Part shown: positions 55,669-64,000 of the stretch, one piece after another
How positions within the stretch are numbered: the first letter of the stretch is position 1
Layout of the letters: every line of letters begins with the position of its first letter
NCBI GenBank assembly: GCA_937892845.1
Contig: CALBGP010000031.1
Location: 9,357 to 73,356, forward strand
From: an uncultured Eggerthellaceae bacterium
Lineage (GTDB): Bacteria; Actinomycetota; Coriobacteriia; Coriobacteriales; Eggerthellaceae
Length of the DNA: 64,000 nt
Direction: 5' to 3'
Translations under genes and position numbers: made by a program
The notes under the pieces: generated by a model
What the model was told of the DNA's origin: nothing
Seen by the model: only the letters and a program-made list of their open reading frames with translations
Database searches by the model: none

Positions 55669-56037
55669 GTGGATTCATTCGATGCCATAGACACGCAGGT
55701 CCGTCTCGCATTGTTCTCGGTCGAAAAAGACACCCATGCATCCATGTTCGGCAGGGGCATCGCAAAACTGTGCGAAGGCGTCAAGGAGACCGGATCGCTT
55801 AACCAGGCAGCAAAAGACATGGGCATGGCCTACAGCAAGGCGTGGCGCATCGTGCGTGAGACCGAGCAGACGCTGGGAGTTCAGCTGCTTGACAGGAAAG
55901 GTGCGCACGGATCCACCCTCACCCCTGAAGGCGAAGTGCTCCTGTCCACGTATCTGGACCTGGAGAAGGATATTTCGGCATACGCGAGCAAACGATTCCG
56001 CGAGCTCATCGCATCCCAAACGGAATCAATCCGATAA
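55669..56037 (+). CDS. ModE N-terminal-domain-like (LysR-type wHTH) regulator without Mop/TOBE domains
   Basis: GSLNQAAKDMGMAYSKAWRIVRETEQTLGVQLLDRKGAHGSTLTPEGEVLL parallels E. coli ModE residues about 30-85. Only 122 aa. GTG start with GAAGAGAGGGGA upstream. Confidence 0.7.
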   Translation: MDSFDAIDTQVRLALFSVEKDTHASMFGRGIAKLCEGVKETGSLNQAAKDMGMAYSKAWRIVRETEQTLGVQLLDRKGAHGSTLTPEGEVLLSTYLDLEKDISAYASKRFRELIASQTESIR

Positions 56038-56060
56038 GCCGACCGCGTTCAAACGCCCGA

Positions 56061-57263
56061 TCAGCGCTTGAACGCGGATTTTTGCTGAGCCGCGCATCCT
56101 TCGAAAATCTCCGGCTCATGGTCTATGAGCGATGCGCACGGCAGGGCATGCTCGACGGTCACGGCATGCTTCAAACACACATCTGAGCACATCTCGCACC
56201 CTACACAGCGCCACGGCTTGGACTCGATCCAGTGGCGCTGATTCGCTTTTGCGCGGGCCGAGGAGACCACGCTTTTCTTCGGGACACCATCCTCCACGCC
56301 GCCATCGGGCTCTTCGGTCATGCGGCGCAAAGCACCGGTCGGGCAGAACGTCGCGCACAGACCGCAGTTGTTGCACTTCTCCTCATCGATGACGACGCGG
56401 GAGAACAGCGGGCCTTCGACAGACGCCCCTTCGGCGGGACGAGCGATGGAGGCCATATCCTCGATGATTCGCATGTGGCGCTCAGGCGTGATCTGGGGCA
56501 TATGCCCCGACGCGTCCATCTTGAGGATGTCGCGCAACGATTCCTTTTTGCCCTGGTTGAATTCCATATCGATTGCAGCCTGGGTCGCCTCGACGGCAAG
56601 AGAGCGGGCCGAAGACCTCAGATCGGAGAAGAACCCCCTGCGGGATACGCCGCCTTTGGCCTCCTGCGAACTCGTCGCCAAAACAGCTTCGGGGATCTCT
56701 TCGCTACGATGCGCCCGGGCGGAAACACCCCATGCCTCAAACAGCGCATTCGCCGCTTCGATGCTGCGGTCGGCTGCAGGCTGCGCATCGCGGTAGCGGC
56801 ACGTGCGGCAATGCCCGTCCACCACGCGGATATCGGTGGCACCTTGCGCCGCCATATGGACCAGAAGCGATGCGTCGACGCGGCCCACGCAGGGCACCTC
56901 AATCACCTTGTCGGCAGCGGCACGGCGCTTGGCCGCAAGCCGGGCGCAGATGACGACGGCCTGTTCGGGGCACGCCTCATGCTGGGCGCGCACGCGGGCC
57001 AGCAGGTCATCATCGAGAGGTTTGAGCGAGATGATGGCCTCCGTCGGGCAGACGGTGGAACACGACCCGCATTCGAAGCACAGGGCATTGTCGATTTCGA
57101 TCACGTTGTCATGCAGCTGAATTGCCCCAGACGGGCACGCTTCGGCACACCGGCGGCATGCGGCATTGCGATTGCGCACCATGACGCACCGTCTGGGCTC
57201 AACGTGCAACGCCTTGCTTTCCAGACGCTGCATGAGTTCAACCATATCGACAATCGATGGCAT
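56061..57263 (-). CDS. Poly-ferredoxin-like 4Fe-4S protein (two N-terminal and two C-terminal cluster motifs around a roughly 230-aa central domain)
   Basis: CRRCAEACP, CFECGSCSTVCP, CNNCGLCATFCP and CVGCEMCSDVC. The start codon overlaps the mobBA stop by 1 nt. Confidence 0.8.
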   Translation of the reverse strand: MPSIVDMVELMQRLESKALHVEPRRCVMVRNRNAACRRCAEACPSGAIQLHDNVIEIDNALCFECGSCSTVCPTEAIISLKPLDDDLLARVRAQHEACPEQAVVICARLAAKRRAAADKVIEVPCVGRVDASLLVHMAAQGATDIRVVDGHCRTCRYRDAQPAADRSIEAANALFEAWGVSARAHRSEEIPEAVLATSSQEAKGGVSRRGFFSDLRSSARSLAVEATQAAIDMEFNQGKKESLRDILKMDASGHMPQITPERHMRIIEDMASIARPAEGASVEGPLFSRVVIDEEKCNNCGLCATFCPTGALRRMTEEPDGGVEDGVPKKSVVSSARAKANQRHWIESKPWRCVGCEMCSDVCLKHAVTVEHALPCASLIDHEPEIFEGCAAQQKSAFKR

Positions 57264-58441
57264 CAGTCTTCATCTCCCAGGATAGACGCTTCAACCGCGC
57301 GCAGTTCATCAGGCGTGTTGACGTTTATGAAGCAACCGCCGCGAGGCTCAGCCGCCAAAACATCTTCACGCTCGAACGGATGCATGTCGATCGCGTCGAA
57401 AAACGACTTGGCGGATGCATGGCCCTCATCGAGCGCTTTCCGCACGGCGGGAAGGCAGGTGGCCTTCCTGTACACAGCATGAAACGGCTCGTAACCATGC
57501 TTGTTATGGGGCACTACGGCATCACAGCGAAGCTCGGCGATCCTCGATGCTTCGGCGACAATCAGGCTGGCGGATGCGAAGACCATATCGCAGGCCACGG
57601 TCGCAACCAAGGGGTTGCTCGCCTGCGCAAGGGCCGTATACAGACCGCGCAGCGCACCGCGCTCCGGCAGCAGATCACGCTCAAGGCGAACCTCCACATC
57701 GGTTCGCTCGAGAAGAAATTCGAGCTTCTCGGGCTCATTGGTGGTGACGATCAGCTCGTCTGCAATAGGCGCGAGGCGATCTACCATGCGCTCGATGAGA
57801 GGGCGCCCCAAAAACGGGACCAGGGCTTTGCTGCGACCCATGCGCCGCGACTCCCCTCCCGCCTGGATGACAACCGTGAGCTTTTGGCGCACGTGATTAG
57901 CGACAAGGTAATCGCAGATGGCGGTTACATCTTCAAGCCCGAACGACAGGATGCCGCGGCAATCGGCGCTTTCGCGGACATCGGCGCGGTCGGTCACGAC
58001 GGCAAGGGGCGCACCGCCGTTGATGGTTCCCAGGTCCATGAATTCATCTGCCGCCGCAGCATCGCGCTCGTTTGCCTGGCGGATGATCTCAATGGTGGGC
58101 AGGCCGCTGCGACGATACCCCTCCACCAGCACGATGTCATGACCTGGCATATCCCGGACCAAATCGCTGCATTCAGGTTCCTCGGTCAGTTCCCGCACGC
58201 AAGCAAATCGTTCGCGCGACACGATGATGGTCTCACGGGCGCCTGCCTGGCGATGGCGGAACGAATCCTTGCCGGGATAATCGATATCGAAAGACGGATG
58301 GCCGTGGTGCTTGATGGTCCCCACATCAACGCCACGACGGGTCAGATCCGCTATGATCTTCTCGAGCAATGTGGTTTTGCCCGAATTATGGCGCCCCACG
58401 AACGCAATCGCGGGGCTGGGTACCTGGACAACCCGTGTCAT
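57263..58441 (-). CDS. mobA: Fused MobB (GTP-binding adaptor) and MobA (molybdenum cofactor guanylyltransferase)
   Basis: N-terminus FVGRHNSGKTTLLEKII...GTIKHHGH is MobB. C-terminus VIQAGGESRRMGRSKALVPFLGRPLIE is MobA. Start at MTRVVQ (58441). Confidence 0.85.
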   Translation of the reverse strand: MTRVVQVPSPAIAFVGRHNSGKTTLLEKIIADLTRRGVDVGTIKHHGHPSFDIDYPGKDSFRHRQAGARETIIVSRERFACVRELTEEPECSDLVRDMPGHDIVLVEGYRRSGLPTIEIIRQANERDAAAADEFMDLGTINGGAPLAVVTDRADVRESADCRGILSFGLEDVTAICDYLVANHVRQKLTVVIQAGGESRRMGRSKALVPFLGRPLIERMVDRLAPIADELIVTTNEPEKLEFLLERTDVEVRLERDLLPERGALRGLYTALAQASNPLVATVACDMVFASASLIVAEASRIAELRCDAVVPHNKHGYEPFHAVYRKATCLPAVRKALDEGHASAKSFFDAIDMHPFEREDVLAAEPRGGCFINVNTPDELRAVEASILGDED

Positions 58442-58483
58442 ATTGCTTCCCTCCCTTAAGCAACGCACGCAAAGTCCGCAGAG

Positions 58484-58900
58484 CTACGCGTAGATTTCCT
58501 TCTCTTCGACCAGATTGTTCTTGATGTGTCCGACCAGACGCTGCAGCGCGTCGATTGCGTTGGGCCGGATATCCGCACCGATGAGCACATACATGAGGGA
58601 GTCCCCCACGGAAAGCCGCCCCTCATTGAGCCACACGCGCACATAGTGGACACCAGGCCAGCTGCGCGCCTCCTCCACAGCGGCGGCAAGGCCTTCGGCA
58701 TCATAGGAGAAATCGACGAAAGCCACGTCACCGAGCGCACGGCCGGCTTCGCGCTCCGCCTCATCAGTGGCGCGGACCTGTTTTTTGGGGGTCACACGTA
58801 CAACGCCGTTATGCGTCAGATACATGCCCACCTGCCCTGCATCGGGGTCTGCTTTCGCCTCAGCGAGCCATTGGTCGATGGAGGGTTCGGGAATTGCCAT
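58484..58900 (-). CDS. MoaE-like protein (divergent molybdopterin synthase large subunit candidate)
   Basis: 138 aa. GMYLTHNGVVR...VHYVRVWLNEGRLSVGDSLMYVLIGADIRPNAIDAL...EEKEIY follows the MoaE layout but with weak conservation. Called from context and by-eye similarity only. Confidence 0.5.
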   Translation of the reverse strand: MAIPEPSIDQWLAEAKADPDAGQVGMYLTHNGVVRVTPKKQVRATDEAEREAGRALGDVAFVDFSYDAEGLAAAVEEARSWPGVHYVRVWLNEGRLSVGDSLMYVLIGADIRPNAIDALQRLVGHIKNNLVEEKEIYA

Positions 58901-59057
58901 TGTGGTTTCCTTTCACGACAAGTCAGGCGCGTTTCAAGTCTTCGCCCGTCACGGGCAAACCATGAAGCGCGCCGCATGATATTGTGCAAGATTATCTTTT
59001 GTCGAGAATATAGACAAGACGGAAGTGGGGTTCAAGCGGGAGAAATCATTCCCCCGC

Positions 59058-59363
59058 CTAGGACTCGGCCTCCGTTGTTTCATCTTCGAGGATGGCAAGC
59101 GCCTTGCGATAACCGCCGGTGCCGTAGTTGAGCGCTTTCGACACGCGGGCGATGGTTGTGGCAGAAGCGCCCGTAATCTCCGCGATAGCCGTATAGGGCT
59201 TGCCTGAAGCAAGCAGCCGGGCTACCGAAAGACGCTGGGATGTCTCCCTGATCTCCCTGATGGTGAAAATATCCTCGAACAATGCGTACAGGTCATCCAC
59301 ATCGTCCATGGAGGCCAGGACCTTCAGGAGGTCCTCCACTTCAGAAGTACGCAAATTGCCCAT
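59058..59363 (-). CDS. YerC/YecD-family TrpR-like DNA-binding protein
   Basis: 101 aa, TIREIRETSQRLSVARLLASGKPYTAIAEITGASATTIARVSKAL. Confidence 0.75.
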   Translation of the reverse strand: MGNLRTSEVEDLLKVLASMDDVDDLYALFEDIFTIREIRETSQRLSVARLLASGKPYTAIAEITGASATTIARVSKALNYGTGGYRKALAILEDETTEAES

Positions 59364-59459
59364 CGTTCACCTGCTCTCTCTCGGTCTCAGCACTATTGTA
59401 CTCCAGTTGGGTGAAGTGACGACGGAAACGCATCGAACCGACTCATGCACCGATTCATC

Positions 59460-61556
59460 CTACACGTAGAACAGTATGTCGTTGTACGTAGGCACGGGCC
59501 AGTAATCACGCGCAACGATGCTTTCCATCGAATCCACGGCGCTGCGCAGCTTGAGCATCGCGGGAGCCACCTCATGGGCATAGCACTGCGCCTGCTCAAG
59601 GCTGTCGGCGCAACCGCGTGCCTTGGCATGGACCCCATCGAGCTCTTCGATGGATTCGTCGATTGCACGCACGCCATCCAATAGCTTTTCCAGCTGCTCG
59701 TGCTGGGTGCCCAGATCGGCGGCGGGCATCGCTTCGCGGATGGTGGTGATCCCCTTTGCCACCTTCGTGGCATAGGCGCTGATGACAGGCAGATACGTGC
59801 GGCGCGCCATGCGTGACATGGTATTCGCCTCGATATTCATCAACTTGCAGTATTTCTCCAGTTTGACCTCGTAGCGGCTCTCAACCTCGACGCGCGAGAG
59901 AACGCCCATCTCTTCGAACAGCGCCACGTTCTTGTCCGCGACGAAACACGGCAGCGCATCGGCGGTGGTGGGGAAATTGCACAGACCGCGGCGCTGCGCT
60001 TCGGCATGCCACTCCTCCGAATAGCCGTCGCCGCCGAACAGGATGCGCTTATGGTCGGCCAAGCACTTCCTGATGTAGGTCATGGCCGCCTCTTCGAAAA
60101 CGCGCCCCTGAGCCAACGCGGCCTCCATGGCGTCGGCGAAATCCTTCATGGATTTGGCCACGGCGGTATCCAGGACCATGTTGGAATCGGATACGTTCAC
60201 AGAAGAGCCCGGCATGCGGAACTCGAATTTGTTGCCCGTGAAGGCGAAGGGGCTGGTGCGGTTGCGGTCCGTGGAGTCGCGATCGAAGGTGGGCAGCACG
60301 TCCACGCCGAAGTCCAACGACGCAGGTGACTCATGATGGTGCTCGCCACCGGTGGCCAGCGCGTCGATGATGGCGGAAAGGTCATCGCCCAAAAAGATGG
60401 ACACGATTGCCGGAGGAGCTTCATCCGCACCAAGGCGATGGTCGTTTCCGCAGCTGGCTATGCTCATGCGCAGCAGATCCTGATAGTTGTCCACCGCTTC
60501 TATCACGCAGGTCAGAAAGACCAGGAACTGCAGGTTGTCCTCCGGGGTCTCGCCGGGATTGAGGAGGTTCTCACCATCCGCGGAGATGGACCAGTTGTTA
60601 TGCTTGCCCGATCCGTTGATGCCCTCGAAGGGCTTTTCGTGCTGCAGGCACACCAGGCCATGATGGCTGGCCAGAAGACGCATCTGCTCCATGGTCAGCA
60701 GATTCTCATCCACCGCCCTGTTCGCATTGCAGAACACGGGCGCCAGCTCATGCTGAGCCGGGGCAACCTCATTGTGCTTCGCCTTCGCGGCCACGCCGAA
60801 TCCCCACAGCACATCATCGAGTTCCTTCATGAACTCGTTGACCGTGGGCCTGATGGCGCCGAAGTAGTGCTCATCAAGCTCCTGGCCCTTGCACGGGGGC
60901 GCTCCGAACAGCGTCCGGCCGCACATGACCAGATCCTGACGGCGCGCATAATCTTTCTCGGAAATCAGGAAGTACTCCTGCTCCGTTCCCACGTTCACCC
61001 TGACGGCGACAGGACTCTTCCCGAACAGAGCCAAGACACGTTTCGCCTGCTCGTCGATAACCTTCAAAGACCTGAGCAGAGGGGTCTTCTTATCCAGGGC
61101 TTCGCCGTTGTAGCTGCAGAAAGCCGTAGGAATGCACAGCACCTCATCCTTGATGAATGCGGGGCTGGTGGGATCCCAGCCCGAATATCCCCGCGCTTCG
61201 AACGTGGCGCGCAAGCCGCCCGAAGGAAAACTCGATGCATCAGGTTCACCCTGGATGAGTTCCTTGCCGGAAAACTTCGTGATGGCGGTGCCGTCACCGA
61301 CGGGCTCCAGAAATGCGTCGTGCTTTTCGGACGTGATGCCCGAAAGCGGCTGGAACCAATGGGCGAAATGCGTGGCGCCCTTCTCCAGGGCCCACTCCTT
61401 CATGGCATGCGCCACGGCGTTGGCCACATCGAGGTCAAGCGGCAATCCGCGTTCGATGGTATCTGCCAGGCGGCGGTACACATCGGACGGAAGGTATTTC
61501 CTCATCTCATGCTCAGAGAATACCGTCGTGCCGAATTTTTTCGTGAGGTCGGACAT
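59460..61556 (-). CDS. glnN: Glutamine synthetase type III
   Basis: About 700 aa, with the N-terminus [24 protein letters not shown] and [10 protein letters not shown], which are characteristic of GlnN. Start at MSDLTKK (61556). Confidence 0.9.
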   Translation of the reverse strand: MSDLTKKFGTTVFSEHEMRKYLPSDVYRRLADTIERGLPLDLDVANAVAHAMKEWALEKGATHFAHWFQPLSGITSEKHDAFLEPVGDGTAITKFSGKELIQGEPDASSFPSGGLRATFEARGYSGWDPTSPAFIKDEVLCIPTAFCSYNGEALDKKTPLLRSLKVIDEQAKRVLALFGKSPVAVRVNVGTEQEYFLISEKDYARRQDLVMCGRTLFGAPPCKGQELDEHYFGAIRPTVNEFMKELDDVLWGFGVAAKAKHNEVAPAQHELAPVFCNANRAVDENLLTMEQMRLLASHHGLVCLQHEKPFEGINGSGKHNNWSISADGENLLNPGETPEDNLQFLVFLTCVIEAVDNYQDLLRMSIASCGNDHRLGADEAPPAIVSIFLGDDLSAIIDALATGGEHHHESPASLDFGVDVLPTFDRDSTDRNRTSPFAFTGNKFEFRMPGSSVNVSDSNMVLDTAVAKSMKDFADAMEAALAQGRVFEEAAMTYIRKCLADHKRILFGGDGYSEEWHAEAQRRGLCNFPTTADALPCFVADKNVALFEEMGVLSRVEVESRYEVKLEKYCKLMNIEANTMSRMARRTYLPVISAYATKVAKGITTIREAMPAADLGTQHEQLEKLLDGVRAIDESIEELDGVHAKARGCADSLEQAQCYAHEVAPAMLKLRSAVDSMESIVARDYWPVPTYNDILFYV

Positions 61557-61904
61557 AGAAGGCGCTCCTTCACTATTCCCCTGCGGACGCGCTCGGGCTC
61601 TCCCCTGCACCGCACGCAGTTTGTTTTTCAGTGGCGCGGCCCGGAAGCGCCGCGTGTTCGCTGTCACTTTAGCCTATTGGAGTGTTGCTTGCACCCAGAA
61701 AACTACCGCAGACGGCGAACTCCAGATTTTCCGCAGGCCAAGGGCATGGGGTCAAGGATACAATTGCCAGGTCAGACCAGCTTCTGCAAGCACGGGGTCC
61801 TTCGCTTTCTTGGCCCGCATGCACCGCATTCACGCGCTGCGCCCCATGAAACCACAGGGCATCGTGCTCGCAAAAGCCGGCTCCGCCGAACGAAAGGACA
61901 GTCA

Positions 61905-63140
61905 GTGAAAGAACTCTGGAGAAAATGGGACAATATCAGCTTGATCAAGCGCATCCTGTTGTTCCTGGTCATCGGCGCCGTGCTCGGCATCATTGCCAAA
62001 GACCTCGTCGTCATCCCGCTGCTCGGCAGCATCTTTGTCAATGCCCTGAAAGCAATCGCACCCATCCTGGTCTTCTTCCTGGTCATCAGCGCCCTTGCCA
62101 ACGCCAAGGCCGATGGCTCCATGAAAACCATTATCATCCTCTACCTGATCAGCACGTTCGTTGCGGCCCTCGTCGCCGTTCTCGCCAGCATGCTCTTCCC
62201 CGTTGAAGTCACCCTGGTCGGCGTCGAAGGCGCCAGCCAAAGCTCCCCTGAGGGAATCGGCGAAGTTCTGAGCACGCTCATCATGAACCTGGTTGCAAAT
62301 CCCATCGAAGCGCTGGTCAGTGCGAACTTCCTCGGCATTCTCGCATGGGCTGCGCTGCTCGGCATCGCGCTGCGCGCCGCAAGGGAATCCACCAAAGACG
62401 TCTTCACCAACGTTGCCGACGCCATCGGCAGGATCGTCCACTGGATCATCAGCCTTGCCCCCTTCGGCATCATGGGCCTTGTCTACTCCGCCGTCTCCAC
62501 CAACGGCCTTGAGATCTTCACCGAATACGGAATGCTGCTGCTGGTGCTGGTCGGATGCATGCTCTTCATCGCATTCGTCACCAATCCCCTCATCGTGTTC
62601 GCCTACATCCGCAAAAACCCCTTCCCGCTGGTTCTGCGTTGCCTGAAAGACAGCGGTATCACGGCGTTTTTCACGCGCAGCTCCGCTGCCAACATCCCCG
62701 TGAACATGGAGCTGTGCCGCAAGCTCAAGCTGGATAAGGACAACTACTCCGTCTCCATCCCGCTGGGCGCAACCATCAACATGGCAGGTGCCGCCGTCAC
62801 CATCACCGTCATGGCAATGACCGCATGCCACACCATGGGCGTTACCGTCGACATCTACACTGCCGTCATCCTTTCGGTGTTGGCAGCCGTTTCCGCATGC
62901 GGAGCATCCGGCGTTGCCGGCGGATCGCTTCTTCTGATCCCCCTCGCCTGCTCACTGTTCGGCCTTGATACCGACATTGCCATGCAGATGGTCGCCATCG
63001 GCTTCATCATCGGCGTTGTGCAGGATTCCTGCGAAACCGCGTTGAACTCCTCTTCCGACGTCCTGCTGACCGCAACTGCGGAGTATCACAAGCGTCGCAA
63101 GATGGGCCAAGAAATCGATTTCTCCGAATGGGAGAAGTAA
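61905..63140 (+). CDS. sstT: Serine/threonine:sodium symporter (DAACS family)
   Basis: [18 protein letters not shown]...[23 protein letters not shown] and the rest parallel E. coli SstT. GTG start at 61905 after GAAAGGA. The track merges it into a 935-aa shadow ORF. Confidence 0.85.
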   Translation: MKELWRKWDNISLIKRILLFLVIGAVLGIIAKDLVVIPLLGSIFVNALKAIAPILVFFLVISALANAKADGSMKTIIILYLISTFVAALVAVLASMLFPVEVTLVGVEGASQSSPEGIGEVLSTLIMNLVANPIEALVSANFLGILAWAALLGIALRAARESTKDVFTNVADAIGRIVHWIISLAPFGIMGLVYSAVSTNGLEIFTEYGMLLLVLVGCMLFIAFVTNPLIVFAYIRKNPFPLVLRCLKDSGITAFFTRSSAANIPVNMELCRKLKLDKDNYSVSIPLGATINMAGAAVTITVMAMTACHTMGVTVDIYTAVILSVLAAVSACGASGVAGGSLLLIPLACSLFGLDTDIAMQMVAIGFIIGVVQDSCETALNSSSDVLLTATAEYHKRRKMGQEIDFSEWEK

Positions 63141-63173
63141 AGCCTCTGCCTCAGCTTCTTCAAGCGCACCTGG

Positions 63174-63202
63174 GAACCCCGCATCTGCGGGGTTCTTCTT
63201 TT
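63174..63202 (+). terminator. Intrinsic terminator GAACCCCGCA-TC-TGCGGGGTTC followed by TTCTTTT
   Basis: Read directly, 34 nt after the sstT stop. Confidence 0.75.
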
Positions 63203-63433
63203 ACCGCTCGCCGCTGATTTTTACCATGGTTAACTTTTTATCTCGCACATGGTGCGCACCGTTGCTTTATATGTTATAAATCAAGTATCAAATAACCGAC
63301 CCGCACGGGACACTCGAAGAGGAAGCACATCAAAGACGCGACGCACATCACTTGAGCAGACAGCACATCTTCCCAACGAACACGTATGAGCCTCGGACGC
63401 AATCCTCCCGTTTCGAATCCGAAAGGAACCATC

Positions 63434-63997
63434 ATGTCTTTGATCGATAAGGAAATCACCGAATTCAGCGCAGAAGCCTATGTTGACGGCCAGTTCAAAA
63501 CCGTGACCAAAGAAGACCTTCTGGGCACCTGGAACGTCCTGTTCTTCTACCCCGCGGATTTCACCTTCATCTGCCCCACTGAGCTTGAAGACCTTCAGAA
63601 CACCTACGAGCAGTTCCGTGAGACCGGCTGCCAGATCTACTCCGTATCCACCGACACCCACTTCACCCACAAGGCCTGGCATGACTCTTCGGATCGCATC
63701 TCGAAGATCACCTACCCCATGCTGGCCGACCCCACCCACGCACTCTCCCGCGACTTCGGCGTCCTGATTGAGGAAAACGGCCTGGCCGAGCGTGCCACCT
63801 TCGTGCTCAATCCCGAAGGCAAGGTTGTGGTCTACGAAGTCAACGCAGGCAACATCGGCCGTAACGCCGAAGAGCTGCTGCGCAAGGTCCGTGCAGCCCA
63901 GTTCGTTGCCGAGCATGGTGATGAAGTCTGCCCCGCCAAATGGCAGCCCGGCGCCGAGACCCTCAAGCCCAGCCTCGATCTGGTCGGCGCACTCTAA
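63434..63997 (+). CDS. ahpC: Alkyl hydroperoxide reductase subunit C (typical 2-Cys peroxiredoxin)
   Basis: FFYPADFTFICPTEL peroxidatic Cys and the C-terminal EVCPAKW resolving Cys. GAAAGGA precedes ATG 63434. Confidence 0.95.
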   Translation: MSLIDKEITEFSAEAYVDGQFKTVTKEDLLGTWNVLFFYPADFTFICPTELEDLQNTYEQFRETGCQIYSVSTDTHFTHKAWHDSSDRISKITYPMLADPTHALSRDFGVLIEENGLAERATFVLNPEGKVVVYEVNAGNIGRNAEELLRKVRAAQFVAEHGDEVCPAKWQPGAETLKPSLDLVGAL

Positions 63998-64000
63998 GCC

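Noticed and set aside
1-64000. Mobile genetic element, prophage, defence island, or rRNA/tRNA genes.
   Set aside because: I recognised no integrase, transposase, recombinase, phage structural, restriction-modification, toxin-antitoxin or cas-like ORF. No intergenic gap showed a tRNA cloverleaf-like or rRNA sequence. The only mobile-like signal is the small palindromic element reported above.

Overview
G+C-rich, gene-dense chromosomal segment with about 50 credible CDS. Most long ORFs lying opposite strong homologue-bearing ORFs are GC shadow ORFs. The gene content includes membrane-anchored LuxR regulators beside a Tat-exported flavoprotein reductase, heavy investment in molybdenum cofactor, LarBC and a type III glutamine synthetase. 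This suggests an anaerobic Actinomycetota, probably Coriobacteriia/Eggerthellaceae (inference only).

Order, left to right:
- tatD (partial) and metG
- MMPL exporter plus a YhgE/Pip-like lipoprotein
- Fe-ADH, then rsmI
- an uncharacterised multi-pass membrane protein, then rarD
- a TetR-headed 1466-aa fused double-activase/dehydratase-like protein, and a separate SDR
- two tandem AgcS symporters flanking a PPIase-less trigger-factor-like gene
- an ArsC/Spx-family gene
- FMN riboswitch leading ribU, ecfA-ecfA' (fused), ecfT and a PNPOx-fold gene
- a repeat-rich spacer
- GntR plus an ABC-2 exporter
- larC and larB
- a two-component system plus a BceAB-like ABC transporter
- argS
- a Tat/lipobox FAD reductase convergent with a membrane LuxR, then an AEC permease
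- a roughly 15-kb molybdenum island: MTase-fmdE-moeA-mog, then moaC-moaA-modCBA, a repeat spacer, a paralogue of the membrane protein, a TetR, a ModE-N-only regulator, and polyferredoxin-mobBA-moaE-like
- yerC-like gene and glnN, then sstT, then ahpC

I recognised no rRNA, tRNA, CRISPR, transposase, integrase or phage genes.

Most promising leads:
1. A MITE/REP-like palindromic element present twice, with the same polarity relative to flanking transcription.
2. The TetR-linked giant ATP-driven redox fusion protein.
3. The reductase plus membrane-LuxR module.
4. Non-canonical members of the Mo island: ModB with a 250-aa extracytoplasmic N-domain, a polyferredoxin coupled to mobBA, fmdE and an MTase coupled to moeA, a His-repeat Mog, and an orphan membrane-protein family.
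5. An FMN riboswitch controlling a complete ECF energising module.

All functional calls rest on my own motif and homology recognition. No searches were run.
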